Shown in pieces: positions 33,258 through 43,380 of a stretch of DNA of 64,000 bases. This DNA is from Candidatus Hydrogenedentota bacterium (GTDB lineage: Bacteria > Hydrogenedentota > Hydrogenedentia > Hydrogenedentales > SLHB01), in NCBI GenBank assembly GCA_045863295.1, contig BTWA01000018.1, forward strand, positions 50,170 through 114,169, written 5' to 3'. The translations under genes and the position numbers were made by a program. The first letter of the stretch is position 1. Every line of letters starts with the position of its first letter. The notes below the pieces were generated by a model that saw nothing but the letters and a program-made list of their open reading frames with translations, ran no database searches and was not told where the DNA came from.

Positions 33258-33413
33258 CGCGCCGCCCTACTTGCACGTACAGTAAAAGTGATCCGTGGTG
33301 CAGTGTGGATCACCCCCCGGATGTACCAACCTGCTCCCTTTGTCTGTCCTTGTGCGCCTGTTTGTCGACTTTCCCCTACTTAGGAATTTGTTTGACGTGG
33401 GAGGATCGCAATT

Positions 33414-35042
33414 GTGGATAGACAGTGGTTTTGTCACAGAAATAGTAAAAAATACGGCCCTTTCTCCGAAACGCAGATGCGAATCGCCTGGGAACAAGGC
33501 AAGTTGACCGCGGCCGATCCAGTATGGACAACTGGCATGACCTCTTGGTTGCCCGCAGGCCAAGTAGTTGATCAGTTCATGCCCGAGCCCGCGACTATCG
33601 GCGTGCCCGGATTGGATGTGCAGCATCTCGATCTCGGATTGGACCGCTCCCCCGCGCACGCATACAAGCCAGGGTCGCGCACCACGTCCATGGAACTCCA
33701 TGACCGCATCCTGCGTGCATGTTTCGTTGCGATTGCCGTGGGCGCAGCGTGGGGAATTCGAGGCAGCTTCGGTCACGTGCTCGGCGCGATGTTTCCCGGA
33801 GCAATGCTGGGACTCGCGTTCGTGTATGTGACTGGCCAGGAATCCCTTGTTAAGAGAATGCCGCACATCGCCGCCATTTCCGCAGCCGGCATCGGACTCG
33901 GCGGAGACATCAGCTACGGTCTTCTGCACGGTTATGCTCAAGCAGATACGTTCCGGAATTTCGCCTACGGAATGTTCACACTGCTCTTGTGCGGCGGCGC
34001 GTGGGGGGCCTACGGCGGCGCTATGGTGGGCCTGCTGCTGGAACGAGATCGCTCCGTCGCCGTTGATTGGGTTGGCGGGATTCTAGCGACAATCCTTTCC
34101 GGCGGCCTGGCTTGGGTAATCATCTATAAAGTTATCGGATTCGATGTGAATCCGTTCCGTTCCAATGCGCTGACTGGATTCGCTGGCGGACTGATAGGCA
34201 TGTTTGCGTGGCTCGTCTATAGAAAACGTTTTCGCAGTATCCGCGCAGGACTACTGGGTTTCATGGGGTTTGGGCTTGGAATGTCCCTTGGCCGTCTGCT
34301 CGCCAATATGGTTCGCAACCTGGAACCCGCACTGGAGACAAACCACTGGAACATCATGGAAATCTCCGTGGGTCTTGTGGGCGGCTTTGTCTTTACCTTT
34401 GGCATGTTGGGGATCACGTTCCCCGATCGCTCCAGCAAGGCTAATCTGTCACCTTGGCAGGCGGCCTGTTCCATCTTCGTGCTTGCTTTAATACCCGTCT
34501 TCCATCGCATTACCCGAGTGAACGAGGACCGCATCGCAGACTGGAATAAGAACCTGCTCGAGTATGGAAGCTCATGGACGGCCTCCACCGTGGTCAACGC
34601 GCTGAGCTTCATTGCCGCGTTGGGCGTCGTCTGCTCACTCGTTTGGTTGTACCTGCAATGGTCTGGAAAAGATCGGGCCGCATGGTTCCCAGTGCTTGCA
34701 TTGCTGTTGGTTATGACACTGTTTCAAAATATCTTTGCACTGTATTACTTCTATCCGGGTAAGCCCTCATTCTTCGACACCAATCATTTGTATTGGGTTA
34801 TCTTCCTCGCCATGGCCGGCTATGTGACCTGGCGCGAGATGAACGAAGGGCATTCCGACGATGGCGATCCGGCCGATACCGTGGAACCCACGGCATGGCT
34901 CCCCATTCTCGGCATCGCAGCCGCGGGTCTAGTCATTGCAATTCTTGGCTGTGCGCTGGCAAACGGCAGCGACACCATGAAAAACGCCGAAACACGTTGG
35001 CCCCTATGGTCATGGCGCGACGGCCCTTTTCCCGGATCATAA
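33414..35042 (+). CDS. GYF_2 (DUF4339) domain fused to a multi-pass membrane protein
   Basis: N-terminal WF...YGPFS...GKLTAADPVWTTGMTSWLPAGQV, followed by many hydrophobic Gly-rich helices. Confidence 0.75.
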   Translation: MDRQWFCHRNSKKYGPFSETQMRIAWEQGKLTAADPVWTTGMTSWLPAGQVVDQFMPEPATIGVPGLDVQHLDLGLDRSPAHAYKPGSRTTSMELHDRILRACFVAIAVGAAWGIRGSFGHVLGAMFPGAMLGLAFVYVTGQESLVKRMPHIAAISAAGIGLGGDISYGLLHGYAQADTFRNFAYGMFTLLLCGGAWGAYGGAMVGLLLERDRSVAVDWVGGILATILSGGLAWVIIYKVIGFDVNPFRSNALTGFAGGLIGMFAWLVYRKRFRSIRAGLLGFMGFGLGMSLGRLLANMVRNLEPALETNHWNIMEISVGLVGGFVFTFGMLGITFPDRSSKANLSPWQAACSIFVLALIPVFHRITRVNEDRIADWNKNLLEYGSSWTASTVVNALSFIAALGVVCSLVWLYLQWSGKDRAAWFPVLALLLVMTLFQNIFALYYFYPGKPSFFDTNHLYWVIFLAMAGYVTWREMNEGHSDDGDPADTVEPTAWLPILGIAAAGLVIAILGCALANGSDTMKNAETRWPLWSWRDGPFPGS

Positions 35043-35135
35043 GGTGACCGTCCGTGTGGACAGATAGAATCGATGCAGTTACAATGCGCGAATTCAACGC
35101 AGTGCCGTGAAGGCAAAACGTAATGGAATCTCAAC

Positions 35136-36200
35136 GTGCTCGTATTCGACGCCCACCTTGACCTTGCTTGGAACGCGCAATACTACGCGCGGGATCTGAA
35201 ACGAACCGTTCATGAGATCCGCCAGGCCGAGACCGGTATGCCCGAGCGGGGCCGTGCCGCAGGCACGGTCGCGTTTCCCGAACTGCGAAAAGGCCAGGTG
35301 GGGATGTTCATTGCCACCTTACTTGCCCGTTCCACAGGCACTCCCGTGCGTGATTTGGATTACCCTTCTTGGCCGCAGGCCTACGCCAGCGCGCAGGCGC
35401 AGTGGGCCTACTACATGGCCCTGCAGCAGGAAGGCATAATCACGCTGATTCGCGATCGCGCGGCGCTGAATCGTGCTGCGGCAGCATGGAAGTCGCCCGA
35501 AGCCAAATCGCAGCCGTTTGGCATGGTGCTCTCGATGGAAGGCGCGGACCCGATTCGCTCTCCCGAAACCCTTCAGGAATGGTGGGATCAAGGTCTGCGG
35601 CTATTGGGGCCAGGCCACTACGGACCGGGCCGGTATGCGGGAGGCACCGGGACCAGCCTCGGCTTTTCAGAAATCGGATTCGAATTGCTGAAGGAAATGG
35701 CGAGAATTGGAATCGGACTCGATGTAACCCATCTCACCGACAAGGGTTTTGATGAGGCCCTTGATCGATATGAAGGACCTCTACTCGCAAGCCACAGCAA
35801 TTGCCGCGCCTTAGTGCCGCATGAACGCCAGTTCACCGACGTTCAGTTGAAACGAATCATCGAACGGGGCGGAGTAATCGGTTCCGTTTTCGACATCTGG
35901 ATGCTGCAGCCAGGGTTCCGGAAGTTCGAACAAACCAACGAAGGCATTACGTTGACCCTCGTAGTGGACCAGATCGATCACATTTGCCAACTGGCGGGCA
36001 ACTGCAGGCATGCGGCCATCGGGAGCGACCTTGACGGACTTTTCGGTTTGGAACAAAGCCCGTGCGACATGGACACCATCGCGGACCTTCAGAAACTGCC
36101 GGATATGCTTCGCTCGCGGGGGTACGGAGAAGACGACATCGCCGCCATCATGCACGGCAATTGGCTCGATTTACTCGGCCGAATCTTGCCGGAGCCATAA
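35136..36200 (+). CDS. Membrane dipeptidase (peptidase M19)
   Basis: DAHLD, SMEGAD, DVTH, ASHSNCRAL, IGSDLDG, GNWL. Confidence 0.92.
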   Translation: MLVFDAHLDLAWNAQYYARDLKRTVHEIRQAETGMPERGRAAGTVAFPELRKGQVGMFIATLLARSTGTPVRDLDYPSWPQAYASAQAQWAYYMALQQEGIITLIRDRAALNRAAAAWKSPEAKSQPFGMVLSMEGADPIRSPETLQEWWDQGLRLLGPGHYGPGRYAGGTGTSLGFSEIGFELLKEMARIGIGLDVTHLTDKGFDEALDRYEGPLLASHSNCRALVPHERQFTDVQLKRIIERGGVIGSVFDIWMLQPGFRKFEQTNEGITLTLVVDQIDHICQLAGNCRHAAIGSDLDGLFGLEQSPCDMDTIADLQKLPDMLRSRGYGEDDIAAIMHGNWLDLLGRILPEP

Positions 36201-36207
36201 TCGGAGG

Positions 36208-37629
36208 CTACGCGAGAATCTCTCGAACCACTCGCGCTGGCTCCACTCCCGTGAGACGCGCATCGAGCCCCTGAAACCGGTACGTGAACCGTTCGTGATC
36301 GAATCCAAGTTGGTGCAACAGGGTCGCGTGCAAATCGTGCACATGAACGCGGCCGCTTCCCACATTGAAACCCAAATCGTCGCTTTGGCCGTACGTAATT
36401 CCCGGTTTGAATCCACCCCCCGCAAACCACATGGTAAACGCATTGGGGTGGTGATCGCGCCCATCGTCGCCGTCGCCTTGAACCATCGGAGTACGTCCAA
36501 ATTCGCCGCCCCAAATCACAACGGTCTCTTCAAGCAGGCCACGGGCTTTCAAATCCATCACAAGCGCCGCGCTCGCCTGGTCCGTGTCTTTACAGTTCTT
36601 TTTCAAATCGTTCCGTAAGTTGCCGTGCTGGTCCCATGCTTCGTGAAACAACTGGACGAACCGTACCCCGCGTTCGACCATCCTCCTTGCCAGAATACAG
36701 TTCTTCGCGAACGAAGGCTCGTCCGGCTTCGCACCGTAAAGGTCCAGAATGTGCTGCGGCTCGTTGGAAATGTCCATGAGTTCAGGCGCACTGCTTTGCA
36801 TACGGAACGCCAGTTCAAAAGAGTTGATGCGAGTCGCAATGTCTGGATCGCCCATGACGTCGAGTTGGCGCCCATTCAACTCGCCCAGCACGTCCAATGT
36901 GTCGCGTTGCACCACGTCATCTACACCGGCTGGATTCGAAAGGTACAGCACCGGATCGCCGGTCGTGCGAAACAAGCAACCCTCGTGCACCGTCGGCAGA
37001 AATCCGCTGCTCCACACCGCGGATCCACCGCTCGGACCTTTCTGCCCGGAACTGAAAACAACAAACGCGGGCAGGTCCTTGTTCTCGCTCCCAAGTCCGT
37101 AACTCGTCCACGCTCCAACGCTCGGACGGCCAAACTGTTGCGAGCCCGTGCTCATCAATATCTGGCCGGGAGCGTGGTTGAATGCGTCAGTGACCATGCT
37201 GTTGACGATGGTCACATCGTCCACGATCCGAGTGAAATGAGGGAGAAGTTCGGACACCCACGCGCCGGACTGTCCGTGTTGAGCAAAATTAAATCGAGTC
37301 CCCAGAAGCCGCGAATTGGGATCGATAAACGCCGCCCGATAATTCTTCAACAATTCAGGCGGGGGAAGGGTGCCGTCAAACTTTGTGAGTTCAGGTTTGT
37401 AATCCAGTAACTCAAACTGACTCGGCGCACCTGCCATGAAAAGATAAATGACCTGCTTCGCTTTCGGCGCGAAATGCGGCGGCTTCACCGCCATCGGATC
37501 CATTCGCGCCGCTGAAGCAGTGGATCCCGTAAGCTGCGCCAACGCCGCCGTGCCCAGTCCAACTCCGCACTGCTGCAGAAACCAGCGCCGTGCAATCCGG
37601 GGACCGACTCCGTTTGAAGTGCCATCCAT
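36208..37629 (-). CDS. DUF1501 (Tat-exported sulfatase-like) protein
   Basis: ARRWFL Tat signal, FMAGAPSQ, ERGVRFVQL, WDQH, GEFGRTP, GRDHHP, HVHDLHAT. Confidence 0.92.
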   Translation of the reverse strand: MDGTSNGVGPRIARRWFLQQCGVGLGTAALAQLTGSTASAARMDPMAVKPPHFAPKAKQVIYLFMAGAPSQFELLDYKPELTKFDGTLPPPELLKNYRAAFIDPNSRLLGTRFNFAQHGQSGAWVSELLPHFTRIVDDVTIVNSMVTDAFNHAPGQILMSTGSQQFGRPSVGAWTSYGLGSENKDLPAFVVFSSGQKGPSGGSAVWSSGFLPTVHEGCLFRTTGDPVLYLSNPAGVDDVVQRDTLDVLGELNGRQLDVMGDPDIATRINSFELAFRMQSSAPELMDISNEPQHILDLYGAKPDEPSFAKNCILARRMVERGVRFVQLFHEAWDQHGNLRNDLKKNCKDTDQASAALVMDLKARGLLEETVVIWGGEFGRTPMVQGDGDDGRDHHPNAFTMWFAGGGFKPGITYGQSDDLGFNVGSGRVHVHDLHATLLHQLGFDHERFTYRFQGLDARLTGVEPARVVREILA

Positions 37630-37652
37630 CTGAATTCGCGCTCCTCGCAGGG

Positions 37653-40600
37653 TTACTGCCTCACAATCGTCTCGTCCAGATTCAATAATACACGTGCCGT
37701 GAGCGTCCAAGCGGCCAGTTCAACCATGTCGTCATCTGGGTTCGCCGTTTGCACGATGCTTTCCGCACCCAGTTCACCCGCCGCAATCCGGGCTCGCTGC
37801 TTTTCCAAAAATTGCTCCAGCCTGGCCAATTCCAACTCGTCCGCTGGCCGGCTGACACAACGACGGAAGGCATAGTCCATCCGCGAACGCGTCGTGGCGC
37901 CGCCCTCGGCAATAGTAAGCCGCGCAAGTCCCGCCGCGCATTCGAACATCAGAGGCTCGTTTAACGTCGTAAGCGCCTGAAGCGGGCTGTTGCTGCGCTC
38001 GCGCCGAGTGCACGGCGCATCCCCCGCGGGCGTGTCAAACACCTGCAACGCAGGATACGGCACGCTGCGAAAGCGAAATGTATACAATGCCCTGCGGTAT
38101 CGTTCGGGACCCGTGGCGGTGTTCCACGTCTTTGGACCATAGCTGGCAGGCGGTTGAAACAAGTATTCCGGAGCCGGCGCATACACACTCGGACCCCCAA
38201 CGGTCAGATTGATCAAACCGCTCGCCGACAACGCAATGTCCCGTACCGTCTCGCCCTTTACTCGGAATCGCTCGCCGCGTGCCAGGAGCCGGTTGTAGGG
38301 ATCGAGCTCAAGCAACGCAGGAGTCGTTTGGGACGACTGACGATACGTCGATGACATGACGATAAGACGGTGCAAGTCCTTGATCTTCCAACCGGATTCC
38401 ATAAACTCAACCGCAAGCCAATCGAGTAATTCCGGATGCGTTGGTGTATCGCCCTGCGTGCCAAGATCGGATGCGGTCTGAACAATGCCTTCCGAGAAGT
38501 AGTGTTGCCATACGCGATTTACGAATGTACGTGCCGTGGTTGGCGCCTCCGGAGAAACTAGCCAACGGGCAAGGTCAAGCCTGTCTAGATCCCCTTCGAC
38601 GTCCAGCGCATTCAAGAAAGCGGGCACGCCCGGCCGTACCGGTTCCGCCGGACTCAGGAAATCACCCCGCTCAAGCCGGTGAGTGACGCGTGGCGTCGAC
38701 CGTTCCTGAAGCACGAGTTGCGTTGTACCCGAAGGCAGCGCTTGAAGCAAAGCGGCGATTCGTGCGTTGGCTTCCGCCAACGCGGGCTGCGTGACCCGCC
38801 ATTGTGCGAACAACTGGCCCCACTCTTGCTCACTGCGCTCTTCGGGCGCGAGTTCCAACGCTTGGCGGACCAATCCGGGCAAAACCCGATCCGGCAATGC
38901 GTCCGAATCCGTTACGGAAATGCGGAAGCGTCCTAGATTATTCGTCTGATTGTCATCGCTGTTCCAACCGCCATGCTGCTGCCCGATCCGGAATGCCAAA
39001 ACCTTGCCTGGTTCCACGCTCAGCGGTTCAGCCAGTTTGAATATCGCGCCGTGTTCCTGATTGCGGCGCTCCGGATCAACGTCCGTCGACCAAGCAGTTT
39101 CGGCCTTGCCGTCGATGGCAAATGCAATCCCCCCGGTAATGCGGTTCCGCTCTTGCCGATCGGGAAACTCCGATCCCAGCGTCCGTATCGACGGATTCAC
39201 GCTCGCAATAGCCGATTCAATCGCCACGGGCGTCCACTGATCGTAGTTCGCAATCGCCACGTCGGCCGCCGCAATGCGCATCTCGAACTCCGACAGTGCG
39301 CACGCGCCATACACCGATCGGCCGGGTCCTCCGCGGGGAAGATTTGGATCGGGTATCAACTCGATACGTACTGCCGTTATCCGGTTCAATGCAGTCGTTG
39401 CCGTCATTTTGGGCTGAAATTGCGTCGGAGCATACCCCTGGGCCAAATAGGATCCGTCCCCCTGGGGAATGCACTTCTGACCACCGGCGGAGCTGTCGTC
39501 AAACGCGAGTTCCATTACTTCCCAAACCGGCTCTGGCTGCGCTTTGACCTCCGATTCCCATCCGGCGACGCGGGCGCGCCAATCCGGATAGCGTGCCTTT
39601 ATCTCCGTTTCAATTTGCGAAACCAAACGCAAAATATCTTCCCGCTGCTTCTCTTCACCCGGAGAGTACACCGTGATGCACGCTTCGTGAGCATTGTTCA
39701 AAAACGCGAGAAGGCCGTAATACTCCGTATGGCTGATCGGATCATACTTGTGCGTGTGACACTGGGCACACTGTACCGTCAGTCCCAACAGTGCGCGGCC
39801 AACGATGTCCACTCGGTTGAACTGTGCCTCCATCCGAAACTGCTCGGGATCGATGCCGCCTTCTTCATTGATCATGCTGTTGCGAAGAAAGCCCGTGGCC
39901 ACGCGTTGATCCTGAGATGCATCCGGCAACAAATCACCCGCAATCTGCTCAATCACAAACTGATCGTAAGGCATGTCCTCATTGAAGGCGCGAATCACCC
40001 AGTCACGCCACGCCCAAACCTGCCGAGGCTTGTCTTTCTCAAATCCGTCCGAATCCGCATACTGTGCCGCGTCAAGCCAATCGCGTGCCCAGTGTTCGCC
40101 GTAGTGCGGCGAGGCCAGCAACCGTTCGACCAACTCGCCATACCAAGTTTCGCTCGTGTCCGATTCCGCGCGCTCTATCTCGTCGATCGACGGTGGCAAT
40201 CCCGTCAAATCGATCGACAGACGACGCAACAGCGCAAGGCGACTGGCGTCCGGAGAAGGCTCCAGGCCTTTCTGCTCAAGTCGCGCCCCAATAAAGTGGT
40301 CGATCGCATTGCGCGCCCAAGCTGTCTCTAGAAGGGTTGGAACCGCGGGGCGACTGGGTTTGGTAAATGACCAATGGGTGGAATACCGCGCGCCTTCGGA
40401 GATCCATTGTCGAAGCAGTGCCACCTGTTCGGCGGATAACGCATCACCTGCCTCGGGCGGCGGCATACGTTCATTCGAGTCCGTGCTGATGACTCGCCGG
40501 ATAAGCTCGCTTGCATCAGGATTTCCCGGCACGATGACAGGGGGGCCGCCGCGTTCTGCAAGCGCGTCCTCCGCATCATCCAGCCGAAGTTTGCCCTTGC

Positions 40601-40748
40601 GCGACGTAGGATCGGGACCATGACACTGAAAACAATTGCCGCTCAATATCGGCAGCACTTGATGGCTGAATGAAACCTCTTCGCCCGATGATAGCGGTAA
40701 TACAAGCGAAGTCAATAGTCCGAAAGCCAATACCAGTTTGAATCTCAT
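37653..40748 (-). CDS. Planctomycete cytochrome c / DUF1549 / DUF1553 (PSD1) protein
   Basis: CFQCH and CAQCHTHKYDP heme-type motifs, YGEHWARDWLD, PTHPELLDWLA, PLQAL. Canonical pairing with DUF1501. Confidence 0.93.
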   Translation of the reverse strand: MRFKLVLAFGLLTSLVLPLSSGEEVSFSHQVLPILSGNCFQCHGPDPTSRKGKLRLDDAEDALAERGGPPVIVPGNPDASELIRRVISTDSNERMPPPEAGDALSAEQVALLRQWISEGARYSTHWSFTKPSRPAVPTLLETAWARNAIDHFIGARLEQKGLEPSPDASRLALLRRLSIDLTGLPPSIDEIERAESDTSETWYGELVERLLASPHYGEHWARDWLDAAQYADSDGFEKDKPRQVWAWRDWVIRAFNEDMPYDQFVIEQIAGDLLPDASQDQRVATGFLRNSMINEEGGIDPEQFRMEAQFNRVDIVGRALLGLTVQCAQCHTHKYDPISHTEYYGLLAFLNNAHEACITVYSPGEEKQREDILRLVSQIETEIKARYPDWRARVAGWESEVKAQPEPVWEVMELAFDDSSAGGQKCIPQGDGSYLAQGYAPTQFQPKMTATTALNRITAVRIELIPDPNLPRGGPGRSVYGACALSEFEMRIAAADVAIANYDQWTPVAIESAIASVNPSIRTLGSEFPDRQERNRITGGIAFAIDGKAETAWSTDVDPERRNQEHGAIFKLAEPLSVEPGKVLAFRIGQQHGGWNSDDNQTNNLGRFRISVTDSDALPDRVLPGLVRQALELAPEERSEQEWGQLFAQWRVTQPALAEANARIAALLQALPSGTTQLVLQERSTPRVTHRLERGDFLSPAEPVRPGVPAFLNALDVEGDLDRLDLARWLVSPEAPTTARTFVNRVWQHYFSEGIVQTASDLGTQGDTPTHPELLDWLAVEFMESGWKIKDLHRLIVMSSTYRQSSQTTPALLELDPYNRLLARGERFRVKGETVRDIALSASGLINLTVGGPSVYAPAPEYLFQPPASYGPKTWNTATGPERYRRALYTFRFRSVPYPALQVFDTPAGDAPCTRRERSNSPLQALTTLNEPLMFECAAGLARLTIAEGGATTRSRMDYAFRRCVSRPADELELARLEQFLEKQRARIAAGELGAESIVQTANPDDDMVELAAWTLTARVLLNLDETIVRQ

Positions 40749-41080
40749 GTCACGCGTACACCTCGATCGCCGCTCGCCTTCACACCGCCCTCCACTCTAG
40801 CGCGACGGGGTAAATCCTGCAAACTGCCAAACCGACCGCCAGTAGTGTGGATAAGATGCCCGTTTTCCAGTTCACAGTGGCGGCTCCGGCCGCTCCACCC
40901 GGATGCCCCAGCACTACCCGAATGGACCCGGCTGGGCAAAGTTTGGTATGGTGCAACGGTTCATGCGCGACGCATTATTGCGACAGGCGGGCTCGTGCAG
41001 CAATGAACACATCCGGCACTTCCTGCACCTTTGGAAAAGCGGGATCGTTGGGAATACTCATACTGAAGCGGAGCTGATCT

Positions 41081-43336
41081 GTGGATATACACATCCGGAA
41101 ATCCAAACGCAGCCTTTCGTTGCTGTTGCCCGCCACCTTCCTCGTCGGCGTGGCCATCGGCTTCACGCTGTGCTACGCGCTATACGCGCCATCAAGTGCA
41201 CCCGAGGATGATACGCAAGTGGCCTCGGGTCCGGAAACGGCCCCTGTAGATGCGCCACCCCCCGCCACCGAGACCGCACAAGCCGACATGGCGGAACCCG
41301 TCGCCCCCACGGAACCTGCCCCTGCGGAACCGGCCCAACCCGAAACCACGGCTGCCGAGTACCTCGACGAGAATCAAGCCGTTTGGCCCGCAAGGCATTT
41401 ATTCATCGCGGTCAAAGGATCGCAATTGGATAGGGCCACTCGTGACATGTTGGGTGAACTTAAGCCGGGCGGAGTAGTGTTGACGAAAGACAACATCTCC
41501 AACAAGCCGCAGACCAACCGTCTCGTGACAACGATTAAGGAAGCCGTTGGATTCGGCACAGGCGTCGCCGATCTTCCATTGATAGCCGTCGATCAGGAAG
41601 GCGGCCCCGTGAACCGGCTCAGACTTCGGAATACTACCGGTGCGGCGGAGCTTGGCAAGAAGCGTGACCCCAAACTTGCGCGAGAACTGGGTTCCGAATT
41701 TGCCAACGCCTGCGAGTCGCGCGGTATCGGCATATTGCTCGCGCCCGTGCTGGACGTCGCCGAAAGCGGTACGAACAAGAATTTGACGTTGCGTACGTTT
41801 GGTGACGACAGCAAGACCGTTACCTCGCTCGGACTATCCTTCGCCGCCGGCGTAATGGATGGCAAGGACGGACAGGTGTTGCCGGTAGTGAAACATTTTC
41901 CGGGCCATGGTGCGGTGGCGGAAGATACGCATGCCGCCCTGGCCGTAATGAAACATGAATCCAAGGACTTGCCCGGTGTCTTCTTCCCATTCAGCGAAGC
42001 CGCACGAGCGGGCATCCCCGGAATAATGGTAGGTCACATCGCCGTACCGAGCCTGGATACCGAGAATCCCAATCGCCCCGCTTCCTTGTCCCCCAAGTTG
42101 ATCAAGGAACTCATCCGCGAACGCTGGATGTATGAAGGCGTCGTATTGAGCGACGACCTCGCGATGGGTGCCATCGGAAAGACGATGAATGCCGAAGAAG
42201 CAGCCGTAAAGGCGCTTGTCGCCGGATGCGATGCAGTCATCATGTTGGAAACGAATCCGGAACGCGTGCGCGCCGTGTGCAAGGCCATTGAAGATGCGGT
42301 GGCAGCCGGCACACTGGCAAAGGCTGATCTGGCAAGGAGCAAGCAACGGCTCGATCAATGGCAAATCTGGTTACGCAGCCCGTCGCCATTGAAGGGCGAA
42401 GTGCCGCCACTACCCGAAGTGCAAGTGGCGCAAGTACCGGCGGAACCAACTGAACCCGCGCCGGCAACCGAGGCGCCCACCCAAGCGGCGCAGGAGCCCG
42501 TCGAGACAGCCGGTGAAATCGTCCATGTCGTCAAGAAAGGCGACTTGCTGGGAAAAATCGCCACGCAATACAACGTGTCCGTGAAAGAAATTCAGGAATG
42601 GAACAATAAGAAAGACACCCGCCTGAACATTGGCGACAAGCTTGTAATCCGTATAAAGGCACCCACCGTGCCTGAGCCTGCGGCGCCCGCCCCTGAAACA
42701 CCCCCGGCGCCGGAGGCAACCGTTCCGAACAACACGCCAGAGACTGCAAATGTGGAACCCGTGCAAACGGTAAAAACCAATGACGTGGTGTCCACACCCC
42801 CTGCGCAAAGCGAGCCCGCGCCGGAGACGGCCTCTCCGCCAGCCGAACCTCAACCGGAACCGGTGCCCGCGCCGCAACCAGAGCCCGCGCCAGCAGCACC
42901 CCCGGCGGCCATGAAGAAAGTGCAGCATACGATTGCACCGGGAGAATTTCCCAATAAGATTGCGCAGAAGTATAGCGTCTCGGTCAATGACTTGTTTAAG
43001 TGGAACGGTATTGCCGATGGGAGAATTCGGGCAGGAGACACACTGATCGTCTACGTGCCTATGGATGCCCCGTTCGACGGTGAAGCAGTCACATCCGTTT
43101 CCGACCAGCCCGCGGCATCGGAACCCGCCGCCGAACCCGTTGATCCACCGGAAGAAGCGACAGTCACTCAACCCGCGGATACCGAAGAGTACACGGTTGC
43201 CCCCGGCGATTCGCTGGTGAAGATTGCCGCAAAATTCAATACCACACGCGAAAACCTCGTGGAATTGAACAAGCTGGATAATCCAAATCGGCTCCGCGCG
43301 GGCCAGAAATTGTTTGTCCCGAAAAAGTCCCCGTAA
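41081..43336 (+). CDS. Membrane-anchored GH3 beta-N-acetylglucosaminidase (NagZ-like) with three LysM domains
   Basis: AVDQEGG, APVLD, KHFPGHG...DTH, SDDLAM. LysM units HVVKKGD..., HTIAPGE..., YTVAPGD... separated by Pro/Ala/Glu linkers. Confidence 0.9.
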   Translation: MDIHIRKSKRSLSLLLPATFLVGVAIGFTLCYALYAPSSAPEDDTQVASGPETAPVDAPPPATETAQADMAEPVAPTEPAPAEPAQPETTAAEYLDENQAVWPARHLFIAVKGSQLDRATRDMLGELKPGGVVLTKDNISNKPQTNRLVTTIKEAVGFGTGVADLPLIAVDQEGGPVNRLRLRNTTGAAELGKKRDPKLARELGSEFANACESRGIGILLAPVLDVAESGTNKNLTLRTFGDDSKTVTSLGLSFAAGVMDGKDGQVLPVVKHFPGHGAVAEDTHAALAVMKHESKDLPGVFFPFSEAARAGIPGIMVGHIAVPSLDTENPNRPASLSPKLIKELIRERWMYEGVVLSDDLAMGAIGKTMNAEEAAVKALVAGCDAVIMLETNPERVRAVCKAIEDAVAAGTLAKADLARSKQRLDQWQIWLRSPSPLKGEVPPLPEVQVAQVPAEPTEPAPATEAPTQAAQEPVETAGEIVHVVKKGDLLGKIATQYNVSVKEIQEWNNKKDTRLNIGDKLVIRIKAPTVPEPAAPAPETPPAPEATVPNNTPETANVEPVQTVKTNDVVSTPPAQSEPAPETASPPAEPQPEPVPAPQPEPAPAAPPAAMKKVQHTIAPGEFPNKIAQKYSVSVNDLFKWNGIADGRIRAGDTLIVYVPMDAPFDGEAVTSVSDQPAASEPAAEPVDPPEEATVTQPADTEEYTVAPGDSLVKIAAKFNTTRENLVELNKLDNPNRLRAGQKLFVPKKSP

Positions 43337-43380
43337 TTCAATGTGGATTGTGTGCGGCCCGTGCTGGAGGGGGTGAAACC

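Noticed and set aside
38973..40331. Long antisense/alternate-frame ORFs (e.g. 452 aa here, 29322-30467, 55296-56300, 60724-61782)
   Set aside because: Shadows of well-supported genes in GC-rich DNA, with no protein motifs.
42420..43180. Pro/Ala-rich repeats as a DNA repeat array or CRISPR
   Set aside because: These are low-complexity protein linkers in the GH3-LysM gene. There is no constant repeat-spacer structure and no cas genes in the window.
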